DNA of 64,000 bases from Deltaproteobacteria bacterium (GTDB lineage: Bacteria > Myxococcota_A > UBA796 > UBA9615), in contig JAGSHC010000001.1 of assembly GCA_023954745.1 (NCBI GenBank), positions 85,672 to 149,671 of the forward strand, in the 5' to 3' direction. Below, piece by piece: positions 18,564 to 28,100 of this stretch (the first letter of the stretch is position 1; each line of letters opens with the position of its first letter). A program made the position numbers and the translations under genes. Under the pieces are notes generated by a model, which saw nothing but the letters and a program-made list of their open reading frames with translations, was not told the origin of the DNA and did not search any database.

Positions 18564-19792
18564 GGACGCCGGACTCCAAGGGCTGCCTGCCCGACCTCGC
18601 CCGGAAGCATCACGATCCGGACGCGGCTGCCTTGTCGCAGCATCTCCGACTCCTCGGGGGCCACGATGAGGCACGTGGCCTTGGCCATGGAGCTCTGGAT
18701 TCCCGAGCCTTGAGGCCCAGTGGTCCGGACCATCAGGTCCCCGGCGTCATCGGGGTGATGAACCCCTCGAAAGAGGATGAGGAAGCCAACTCGCTTGCGC
18801 AGGTCGTGCTCCAGTCGCGCCTCCCGCGTGGGAAGGAAGTGGTGGGCGTGCCCTTGCATCGCCCGAAGCGCGGGTCGGACGTACATCAAGAAGGAGACGT
18901 CGCAGGAGACCGGGTTCCCCGGCAGTCCGAACCAGCGCACGTCCCCGATCCTGCCGAACGCGTTGGGCTTGCCGGGGCGTACCTTGACCTTCCAGAAGCG
19001 CTGTTCGCCACCCCGGGCGGCGATGGCCTCCTTCACGAAGTCCAGCTCGCCCACGGAGACGCCGCCGATGGTGAGCAGGACGTCGGCGCCCGTGATCCCG
19101 TCCAGCGCTGCGTCGAGCGACGCACGGTCGTCCCGCGCGATCCCGAGGTATCGGGGGATTCCACCGGCCTCCTGCACCCGGGCGGCGAGGGCCCAGGAGT
19201 TGCTGCTGACGATGTGTCCGCGGGGGAGCGGGTCCCCCGGTTCGTGGACCTCGTCCCCCGTGGAGAGGATGGCGACGACCGGCCTGCGCACGACGTCGAC
19301 CCAGGTAAGACCTTGCCCAGCGAGCAGTCCGATGAGCCCCGGCGTGAGGGACTGGCCCACCTGGCCGATGGAGTCCCCTGGCATCACATCCTCGCCGGCG
19401 CGGCGGATGTTCGCTCCCAGCGTCTCGGGCTTCACGATGCGTACGGGCCCGTCACCGTCTCGCTCAGTGCGCTCCTGAGCCACCACGGTGTCGGCGCCTT
19501 CGGGCACCGGCGCCCCCGTGAAGATGCGCGCTGCCTCCCCGGATCCGAGCGTCCTCTCGGGCCACGAGCCCGCCGCGATGAACATGGGCACCGGCAAGGC
19601 GGCTCCCTGGTCCGCGTGCTTCAGCGCGTATCCGTCCATGGCCGAGTTGTCGGCGGGAGGGACGGCGCGTCGGGCGATCACGGGTCGGGCGAGCACGCGA
19701 CCGAGACCATCTGCCAGCGTGATTCGCTCGCTGCCGAGGCTCTGGATGCCTGACAGGACGGTATGAATGGCTTCCTCGAAGGGGATCAGCAT
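18560..19792 (-). CDS. moeA: Molybdopterin molybdenumtransferase
   Basis: NSAMDGYA, IFTGAPVPEGAD, STGDE, GGVSVG, PGKP, LPGNPVS. Confidence 0.95.
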   Translation of the reverse strand: MLIPFEEAIHTVLSGIQSLGSERITLADGLGRVLARPVIARRAVPPADNSAMDGYALKHADQGAALPVPMFIAAGSWPERTLGSGEAARIFTGAPVPEGADTVVAQERTERDGDGPVRIVKPETLGANIRRAGEDVMPGDSIGQVGQSLTPGLIGLLAGQGLTWVDVVRRPVVAILSTGDEVHEPGDPLPRGHIVSSNSWALAARVQEAGGIPRYLGIARDDRASLDAALDGITGADVLLTIGGVSVGELDFVKEAIAARGGEQRFWKVKVRPGKPNAFGRIGDVRWFGLPGNPVSCDVSFLMYVRPALRAMQGHAHHFLPTREARLEHDLRKRVGFLILFRGVHHPDDAGDLMVRTTGPQGSGIQSSMAKATCLIVAPEESEMLRQGSRVRIVMLPGEVGQAALGVRRP

Positions 19793-19851
19793 GGCCGCGG
19801 AGCTTACTCTCGTTTGCGACCTTCGGCCGGCCCCTGCGACAATGGCGGCCG

Positions 19852-20712
19852 GTGTCTCGATTCCTCCTCTTCTCGATGCTCTTCGTGCTGCTGCTTCCAG
19901 CCAGCGCAATGGCAGCTCCCCCCTACGACATCGCCGTCGTGGGGCTCGAGAAGATTGAGCCGTCCCGGCGGCAGGCGCGCTTCGACTTCGTCGCCCGGGA
20001 GCTGGCTCTCACCATCTCGGGTCCCCCGGGATACGCCGCAGCGGCCCTGGGAATGTACGAGGCTGAGCTCGCATTCGAGAATCGGGTCTCATTCATTCAC
20101 GCCGCGGCGGATACTGGCGAATCGTCCTCTCCGTGGGACGACCTGACCGAGAGTGGAGAGGCGGACTCCGTCGCGTTTCTCCCGGGAGTGATGATCCGCA
20201 AGGGCCTGCCCTTCTCGTTCGAGGTCGGCGGGCGCATGTCGTGGTTCACGGGCAGTCGCCAGTTCGTCGTTGGCGGGTTCGGTCGCTGGGTGCCCTTTGG
20301 CAACTGGGACAAGGTCCCGGACATCTCCATTGGCATGGGATACGACGGGCTGGTCGGGAACGATCAGCTCGAGCTGGGTACGTTCCACCTCGACCTGTCG
20401 CTGGGATACAGCTTCAAGCTGAACCTGCGCGGCACCCGTCCGGGGACGCGCTTCTCACCGTTCGCCGGCTACCAGTTCCTGCAGTCCCACGCGCGGCCCG
20501 GAGTCAGCGTCGACCAGGTGGGCGCGGTCACGGGCTGGGCCGAGAACGCGGCACCTGGTGTCGACCCGCGCTCGTTCCGGTACCACCGGGGCTTCGTGGG
20601 GATGGAGGTCCGGGGCGGCGGCTTCGCCTTCCGGTTTGCGTTTGACGCCGGCTTTCCCCGGAGTGCCCCCATCGTGGCGGGTCTGAACGTCACCCTCGCG
20701 CTCCGCTTCTGA
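19852..20712 (+). CDS. Putative outer-membrane beta-barrel protein
   Basis: Signal peptide ending AMA; amphipathic beta-strands; C-terminal Phe (LALRF). Confidence 0.7.
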   Translation: MSRFLLFSMLFVLLLPASAMAAPPYDIAVVGLEKIEPSRRQARFDFVARELALTISGPPGYAAAALGMYEAELAFENRVSFIHAAADTGESSSPWDDLTESGEADSVAFLPGVMIRKGLPFSFEVGGRMSWFTGSRQFVVGGFGRWVPFGNWDKVPDISIGMGYDGLVGNDQLELGTFHLDLSLGYSFKLNLRGTRPGTRFSPFAGYQFLQSHARPGVSVDQVGAVTGWAENAAPGVDPRSFRYHRGFVGMEVRGGGFAFRFAFDAGFPRSAPIVAGLNVTLALRF

Positions 20713-20740
20713 GCGGGCGCAGAGCTCGAGCTCCGGCCCC

Positions 20741-21598
20741 TCAGGCTCCCGAAACCGCCCGTCCTGCAAAGGGGTCGACGTCGTCGAGGACCCGCAGCGC
20801 GACATCGGGGAAGTCGGTGATGAGCGAGTTGACCCGCATTCCCACGAGCTCCCGCATCCGGATCTCCTCATTGACCGTCCACGTGTTCACCGCCAGGCCA
20901 CGCAGATGCGCCTTGCGGACCATCTCCGGCGTGACCACCCTGTGGCTCGGATGGAGCGCGTACACAGACAACAGGGGAGCCGCCCAGGGACGGCGCAGGA
21001 TGCGCTCCCTCAGCTGCATTCCATCGGTGGGGTAGACGAGAGCGAGGGGGGCGTCGCAGTGCAGCTTCACCCGCAGCAGCGCCATGGGGTTGAAGCTGCT
21101 CACGATGCAGTCCGAGTAGAGGCCAGTCCGACGAATGAACTCCGCCACCGCGAGGGCGGTTCCGTCGCCTCGCGTTTGGTCCTCCTTGATCTCGATGTTG
21201 AAGCGCACCTGTCCTCGAAAGGTCTGCACGACCTCGTCGAGCAGGGGTACGGGCTCGCCAGCGAACTGCGGCCCGAAGTGGGAGCCGACGTCGATCTCCT
21301 TGAGCCTCGACCAGGACATCTTCGTGACGTCGTCGGTGATCCCAGTGAGCCGCTCGGGCGTACGGTCATGGTGAACCACGAGCTCACCGGTGCCGCAGCG
21401 GCGCACGTCGAACTCGAACCAGGGAACGCCCATGTCCGCCGCGTTGCGAAATGCAGCCATCGTGTTCTCGGGGGCGAGCCCGGCGCCGCCACGATGAGCC
21501 TGGACCTGGACATAGGCCGCGCGCTTGGGCGCCTCCTTGTGGGTCTTGCTGGACGCGCGCCCAGGCGCGCGTGGGATCTCGGATGGGGTGTCGGACAC
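20741..21598 (-). CDS. Glycerophosphodiester phosphodiesterase
   Basis: AHRGG...APENT, EFDV, VHHD, NIEIK, SSF, WTVN, ITDFP. Confidence 0.92.
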   Translation of the reverse strand: MSDTPSEIPRAPGRASSKTHKEAPKRAAYVQVQAHRGGAGLAPENTMAAFRNAADMGVPWFEFDVRRCGTGELVVHHDRTPERLTGITDDVTKMSWSRLKEIDVGSHFGPQFAGEPVPLLDEVVQTFRGQVRFNIEIKEDQTRGDGTALAVAEFIRRTGLYSDCIVSSFNPMALLRVKLHCDAPLALVYPTDGMQLRERILRRPWAAPLLSVYALHPSHRVVTPEMVRKAHLRGLAVNTWTVNEEIRMRELVGMRVNSLITDFPDVALRVLDDVDPFAGRAVSGA

Positions 21599-21625
21599 GG
21601 CGCTCACCCTACAGTCATCGTCTTC

Positions 21626-24379
21626 GTGTTGGCGTTCCTGGGAGCGGCGCTCCCGTCTGCCGCCGCCGAGGAGCTTCCGAACTGGAGTGTGGAGATCGAC
21701 GCCACCGTTCAGGGGGACGACGGCACCATCGCCGGACGCGCCCATCTGACGGTGTGGAACCCCACCCAACAGCCCCTCTCCTCGATCCGTCTGTTCCTGT
21801 ACCCGGAGCACTACCGCGCGAAGCCAGCTCTGGACGACATCCTCTGGGAGCGGGTGTATCCGGGGATCTGGGAGCCGGGCGGCATGTCCCTGGGGTTCGT
21901 AAGGCACCTTCGTGAGGACGGTGGCACCAGCGGACTCACATGGCGCCGCATCGAGGATGGCCCGCCCATGGCAGAGGTCGACCTCCCCGGGCCGCTGCTC
22001 CCCGGCGAGTCGACCACCCTGGAGATCCCGTTCCTCACCCAGGTCCCGCGCAAGTACGGCACCTTCGGGCGCGCGCGCGGAATTTTGACCGCCTCGGGCG
22101 GCTGGCATCCGATGCCGGTCACCCTGACCCCAGAGGGCGAATGGGTGGCCGATGCCGCCCCACCCCCGGCGGACTACTCGATTCAGCTGACGACGTCGTC
22201 AGCGCACGCGGTCGTGCTCGGGGACGCGGTGGACGTGCCCCGGTCCCGCACTCGGCTGGGAGCAGACTTCGTACCCACTGCCGCACCGTTGGGTGGATCC
22301 TCGACCGTCACCCTGGATGGCGACGCGCGACGCACCCACTGGTCAGGCAAGGCTCGGTGGGTCGGCGTCACCGTGCATCGACGGGCGACCCAGCGCGACA
22401 TTCCTCTGGAGGACGGCTCTACGGTCACATGGGTCGGGCGTCCCCTGAGCAAGCCGCAGGTGCGCTGGATCCGACGCGCTGCCCACGCAGTTCGGCGGAC
22501 CGAGGTGGAGCTTGGCCTCGAGGTGGAGCCGCGCGATGTCCTGCTGCTCGAGGCCCCCCTGCGGCGCCGGCTGGTCGAAGAGTGGGAGGGCGCCCTCTTC
22601 GTCTCCGACCGCTATCTGGAGGCTGAGGCCCCGTTCTGGCGCTACCACGACGTGCACCTCGCTCGGGCCCTGCTGGCCCACGACATGGAGAGTCTCATCC
22701 AGGGGGCGGAGCCGCCGCGCATGGCCCCCTTCGTCCTCGAAGCGCTCTCCTGGGAGCTCGTGGGGGACTATCTCCAGACCCGCTGGAAGAACCACGTGGG
22801 CCTGCGGAACCTCCTCCAACGCTTCTCCTTCTTCCCCCAGGTGGAGACGCTCCTCGAGACGCCGGCGTTTCCCTTCGCGGACCAGATCTTCGACAACCCC
22901 TGGATCGTCGATCCGCTCTCGGCCGACATCCGGCGGTTCAACCGGCCGCTCCGCTCCGGGCGAACGCTTTCGCTTCGGCTGGATGACCGCGTCGGCACCG
23001 CGAGCAAGCGCCAGTCAATGCTTCGGTACCTCCGGGGGCAGACCTCACGACCGCTCTTCGTCGCGATGGCAGCAGACGCAGGCCAGGAGATCGACGAGCT
23101 GGCGAACAGCTGGTTGGGCTCGGTGCCGCGGGTGGACTTCCAGCTCGAGACCATCGAGCGCGATCGGACCGAAGGGGGCCTGCATCGCACCACGGTCACC
23201 GCGCGCCGGGTGGAGCTGGAGGGGGTCTCCCCCGATGAGGTGGTCGAGGTTCGCCTCTCGCCGGGTCATGGACGCACCAAGGGCAGGGTGACGCTTCGCT
23301 GGACGGGGAGCGAGGAGGTCGCGACTTGGGAGGTCTTGAGCCGACGGCGCATGCACGTGGTGGAGATCGATCCCCAAGCGCGTCTGACGGAGCTGGACGA
23401 GAACGGACTCAACCTCCGGCAGGACAACCGCCGCCCCGGTCTCCTCCGGGTGAGCGGCTTTGGCTACGCCGGGTTGTCGATCACCGGTCGGGGCTTCGAA
23501 GCCTACGGCCTGCTGAACATCCGCCCCCGGCACAGCGCGAGACACCAGGTGAACCTCCGGGCGTTCACGAACGAGCAGTCCCTGGCTGGGGGAGGCGTCA
23601 CCTATGCGCACTACTTCGGCCCGCCCCGTTGGGGACTGAACCTGAAGCACCGCGTGGTCTTCACCGTGGACGTATCGCTCCTGAACCAGAACTTTCGGGA
23701 GACCGACGCGCCGCTGCTCTCGCGGATCTCGGCGGGCTATGTCTACGAGACCCGATCGAACAGCATGATGCCCACGAAGGGGGGGCGGTTCTCCGTCACG
23801 GTCACCGGAGGCCGCGACTTCTCTCTGAAGAAGGAGCAGGCCAGGAGCATCACCGAGGCGGGATTCATCGGGCTGGACGTGCAAGCGATTCGACTGCTGA
23901 AGCTGCACCCTCATCACGTGTTGGCCCTGCGCGGCAAGGCCGGCTTCGTGCTCGGGGAGGTGGAGCACAGTCGCATCACCCTGGGTGGCAACGCAGATCT
24001 CCGGGGGATCCCGGAGCGTGCGGTGCTGACCCCCGCTCGGGTTCTCGGCGTCGTAGAATGGCGTCATCTCTTCTTCAAGGACGCAGACATCCCGCTTCCG
24101 TTCCAGCGCGTGCGTGGACTTCAAGGCGGGCTCTTCATCGAGGGGGCTCTTGCTGCAAAGGGCTTCGACGAGGCCCCCGGCGTGGAGGACCTGCACTTCT
24201 CGGTGGGCTACGGCTTCCGGTGGTTTGTCGACTGGCTCGGGGTCCTGCCTGGCGCCTGGGGAATGGACTTCGCATACACCCCGGGCACGACGCCGGGGCG
24301 ACTCCCCATTGGCTTCTTCCCCGAGGACTGGCCCGAAGTGCCGTTCCAGGTCTACTTCGTGGGCTCGCAGAGCTTCTAG
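21626..24379 (+). CDS. M1-aminopeptidase-like N-terminal region fused to an Omp85/BamA-TamA-type beta-barrel (start uncertain)
   Basis: Signal peptide; GGWHPMP, ADYSIQLT and IDP..RL.E....DN resemble M1-family scaffolds; barrel motifs LGGNADLRG, EWRH, SVGYGFRW, terminal FVGSQSF. Confidence 0.65.
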   Translation: MLAFLGAALPSAAAEELPNWSVEIDATVQGDDGTIAGRAHLTVWNPTQQPLSSIRLFLYPEHYRAKPALDDILWERVYPGIWEPGGMSLGFVRHLREDGGTSGLTWRRIEDGPPMAEVDLPGPLLPGESTTLEIPFLTQVPRKYGTFGRARGILTASGGWHPMPVTLTPEGEWVADAAPPPADYSIQLTTSSAHAVVLGDAVDVPRSRTRLGADFVPTAAPLGGSSTVTLDGDARRTHWSGKARWVGVTVHRRATQRDIPLEDGSTVTWVGRPLSKPQVRWIRRAAHAVRRTEVELGLEVEPRDVLLLEAPLRRRLVEEWEGALFVSDRYLEAEAPFWRYHDVHLARALLAHDMESLIQGAEPPRMAPFVLEALSWELVGDYLQTRWKNHVGLRNLLQRFSFFPQVETLLETPAFPFADQIFDNPWIVDPLSADIRRFNRPLRSGRTLSLRLDDRVGTASKRQSMLRYLRGQTSRPLFVAMAADAGQEIDELANSWLGSVPRVDFQLETIERDRTEGGLHRTTVTARRVELEGVSPDEVVEVRLSPGHGRTKGRVTLRWTGSEEVATWEVLSRRRMHVVEIDPQARLTELDENGLNLRQDNRRPGLLRVSGFGYAGLSITGRGFEAYGLLNIRPRHSARHQVNLRAFTNEQSLAGGGVTYAHYFGPPRWGLNLKHRVVFTVDVSLLNQNFRETDAPLLSRISAGYVYETRSNSMMPTKGGRFSVTVTGGRDFSLKKEQARSITEAGFIGLDVQAIRLLKLHPHHVLALRGKAGFVLGEVEHSRITLGGNADLRGIPERAVLTPARVLGVVEWRHLFFKDADIPLPFQRVRGLQGGLFIEGALAAKGFDEAPGVEDLHFSVGYGFRWFVDWLGVLPGAWGMDFAYTPGTTPGRLPIGFFPEDWPEVPFQVYFVGSQSF

Positions 24380-24398
24380 GACCCTGGCCCTCGGCTTC

Positions 24399-24977
24399 TT
24401 GCTCTGCACCCTGGCTCTCGCTGGGTGTGCCACCACGGGGCGAAGCGGGCGGCCGACCGGCTCGCTGCAGCGGATCCTGGACACGGCCACCTCGCTGCTC
24501 GGCCAGAGCAAGGTCACGGTGAACAAGCGGCCGTACCGCGCCGACTGCTCTGGATTCGTGAAGGCCGCCTTCAGCCCGACGAATGTCCAGCTGATCTCGG
24601 CTTCGGCAAAGGGCGCTTCGGGGACGGAGCTCATCTATCAGACACTGAGGGAGCGAAGGCGCTTGCGCGGGCCAGGGTCGATTCGCCCCGGCGACCTGCT
24701 CTTCTTCCACAACACCTGGGATCGAAACAAGAACCGACTCCGGGACGATCAGTTCACCCACGTGGCGCTCGTCTCTCAGGTGGAGCCGGATGGCACGGTC
24801 AGCTACTTCCACTACGCATCGGGGCGCGTCAAACGCGGGGTCATGAATCTTCGCCATCGGGACGAAGCGCGCGATCCGGACACCGGGAAGACCTGGAACA
24901 GCCCGCTCCGAGTCGGCGGTGGTCGGGTACTCGCAGGGCAGCTCTTTTTTCGGGTTGGGCGGCCGCTCGATCGCTGA
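24399..24977 (+). CDS. NlpC/P60 (CHAP-like) cysteine amidase lipoprotein (start uncertain)
   Basis: LALAGC lipobox; DCSGFV; PGDLLFF; THVALV; FHYASG. Confidence 0.82.
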   Translation: MLCTLALAGCATTGRSGRPTGSLQRILDTATSLLGQSKVTVNKRPYRADCSGFVKAAFSPTNVQLISASAKGASGTELIYQTLRERRRLRGPGSIRPGDLLFFHNTWDRNKNRLRDDQFTHVALVSQVEPDGTVSYFHYASGRVKRGVMNLRHRDEARDPDTGKTWNSPLRVGGGRVLAGQLFFRVGRPLDR

Positions 24978-25010
24978 AGAACCCCGCTTCCAAAGGGTTT
25001 CTTCGTTTCT
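24976..25010 (+). terminator. Putative intrinsic terminator
   Basis: gaagaaccc...gggtttcttc imperfect stem followed by gtttct, directly at the stop codon. Confidence 0.45.
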
Positions 25011-25162
25011 CGAGGTCGGCTAGGGCACCGGAGAGCCCGGTGAGATTGCAGGTCCGCCCTGGATCAAACTTGTCGGCATGGGGTATGACCGCTTCCATTC
25101 CCGGCCCGCGCGCCTGCCCTCAGGGGAGTTGGCTTGCCGCACGAGACCGGATGGAGGATTCA

Positions 25163-28100
25163 ATGGCGTCCTGTTTGCGCTCCCTTATCGCCGCATCTGC
25201 AACTCTCGCGGCTCTGATTCCTGCCTCTGCACTGGCCCAAGGCGGGCCTGACAGCAGCGGATATCTCTGGAGCTCGGCTCCGTACGACTTCGTCGTATTG
25301 GACCCAGCGGCTGGAGGTCTCGGCACCGTCGAGTCGATCACGGGCTCGAGCTTCGAGATCGACGTGGCCCTGCCCTGGGCCGGTGGCTTCTCGTTCTACG
25401 GGAACTCCTACACCGACATCACGGTGTCCGAAGAAGGCGGCATCACCATGGGTGCCGGGGGCAACATGTTCGGGGGCAACGGCTCCCTGCCGGACACGTC
25501 GTCCTCCTCGGCAGACATCGCGGTCTTCTGGGATGAACTCGACGCGTGGGACTTCGGTGCGAGCAGCTCCAATGGCGGGCTGTTCACCTACTACGACTCC
25601 GCTGCGGATCGTTTCATCGTCTCGTGGGAGAACGTCTCCGAGGGCGGGGACGACGCCACGTTGTCGTTCCAGGCGCACCTGTACGGCAACGGTGAGATCA
25701 CGTTCCACTACGCGGACGTCACCAGCGAAGACTTCATCAGCTCCTCCACCGGCGTGGACAACAACAGCTTCGGCAACAGCGCCACGGTAGGGATCCAGGA
25801 CTTCACCGGCGGAACGGCTGCCTCCGGCAACGCGCTGCAGATTTCGTACAACACGCCTTCGCTCGTTGATGGCGTCACTGCCTACAGCATCGTGCAGTGC
25901 GTGGACGTCGACGGCGACGGTGGGTACGCCGAGTCTTGCGGCGGCGACGACTGCGACGACGCCGACCCGCTGATCTTCGCGGGTCAGGCTGAGGTCTGCT
26001 CCGACGGCGTCGACCAGGACTGCAACGGATACGACCAGGTGTCCGACCAGGACCTCGACACGTTCCTCAACCCCGCCTGCGGCGGTGACGACTGCGACGA
26101 CCTCGACCCGCTGCTGAACCCGGCCAGCGACCAGGACGCCGATGGCTCCCTCGGCTGCACCGACTGCGACGACAACGACGCGACGGCGGTCCCCGGCGGC
26201 CTCGAGATCTGCGACGGCGTCGACAACGACTGCGACGGGACCTTCGCCTATGGCCTGACCTTCGGTGACAACGCGAACAGCACCTTCGGGCCGGGCGGAA
26301 ACCGTGGTCGCGGTTCCTGGTGGGACATCACGACGGACGTCACCCTCACCGAGCTCGGCGCCAACATGGGCGTCCCCGCTGGCGAGGACCTCACCTTCGG
26401 CATCTACGAGGGCGTTCAGGGTGGCTCGACCTTCACCCAGGTCTGGACCGGCACGATCACCTCGACGGACGGTGCTCTCGCCGACCGCATGATCCCCGTG
26501 GGCTACCCGCTGACGAGCGGCAACCGGTACTTCTTCGGGTACGTCTGGAGTGCCAGCTCGCTCTACGGCTACAACACCGCTGGTCGCAGCGCGATGCCGA
26601 CCACGCCGTTCGGCACCATGACCGACGGCGCCACCATCAGCGGCAGCAGCCTGCCGACGAACCCCACGAGCACTTCGTCCACCTACTACTCGGCCATCGT
26701 CTCCTTCAGCGACGCGGCCGCCGAGCTGCTCGACTCGGACGCCGACGGCATCTCGGCTTGCCTCGGCGACTGCGACGACTCGGACGCGACGGCAGTTCCC
26801 GGCGGGACCGAGTTCTGCGGTGACGGAGTGGACAACGACTGCTCGGGTGTCGCCGATGACATCGACGCGGACCTCGACGGCGAGATCGCGGCCCTCTGCG
26901 GTGGCACGGACTGCAACGACGCAGACGCGACCATCAACACTGCCGCGGTGGAACTCTGCGACGCCATCGACAGCGACTGCGACGGCCTCGTCGACGCCAA
27001 CGACACGGACGTGGGCACGGTCCTCGACGCGCCGGTGCTTCTCACGGACGCACCGGCTGCGGTGATCGACGGCACCACGCCGATTCAAACGAGCAGCGTG
27101 ACCGTGGCGGGCACCACCAACCCGGTGCTCGACATCAACGTGACGGTGGACGTCACCCACGCCTGGACCGGTGACGTGGACATGAGTCTCACGTCGCCCA
27201 CTGGGACCGTCATCGACCTCGTGACCGGGATCGGAGGCTCCAGCGACAACTTCACGAACACCGTGTTCGATGATCAGGCGTCCGCGACGATCGGGAGCGG
27301 CAGCGCGCCTTACACCGGCTCCTTCATTCCCGAGACCCCCCTCGCGACGTTCAGCGGCGAGGCAGCGGACGGAGTCTGGACCCTCACGGTCGAGGACACC
27401 TTCCCGAGCGCGGACGACGGAGTTCTCAACTCCTGGACCCTCGAGCTCACCACGGGCATCGCCTCCGACATCGACGGTGACGGCTGGGTGGATGCGGTGT
27501 ACTGCGCTGGCGCCGACTGCGACGACACCGATGCGGCCCTGAACCCGGGCGCCGCTGAGATCTGCGGTGATTCGCTGGACCAGGACTGCGACGGCGTCGA
27601 TCTCATCGATGATGTCGACCTCGACACCTTCACCTCGGTGGCTTGCGGCGGCGACGACTGCGACGACACCGACCCCAACGTGTTCAACGGCTCGGACTTC
27701 GACCTCGACCTCGCCCTCGGGTGCCAGGACGACTGCGACGACAACGACGCCACGGCCAACCCCAACGGCGTCGAGGTTTGCAACGACGGCATCGACCAGG
27801 ACTGCAGCGGCGCCGACCTCGTGGGCACCATCGACAACGACCTCGACGGTGAGAACACCTGCACCGACTGCGACGACACCAACCCCGCCATCAACGCGGC
27901 GGCTACCGAGGTGTGCGGCGACGGCATCGACAACAACTGCTCCGGCACCGCGGACGACGTGGACGCGGACGGCGACGGCGACTTCAGCCTCGAGTGCGGC
28001 GGCGGTGACTGCGACGAAGCAGACGCCACCGTGTTCGCAGGGGCGACGGAAGCCTGCGACGGCATCGACGGTGACTGCGACGGTCTCGAGGACGGCCAGG

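Noticed and set aside
20906-21625. Long N-terminal extensions in the ORF track (also 12723..14579, 24425..25162, 53506..54417)
   Set aside because: They overlap well-supported genes in other frames or strands; better starts with signal peptides, SD sites or stop-start overlaps lie downstream
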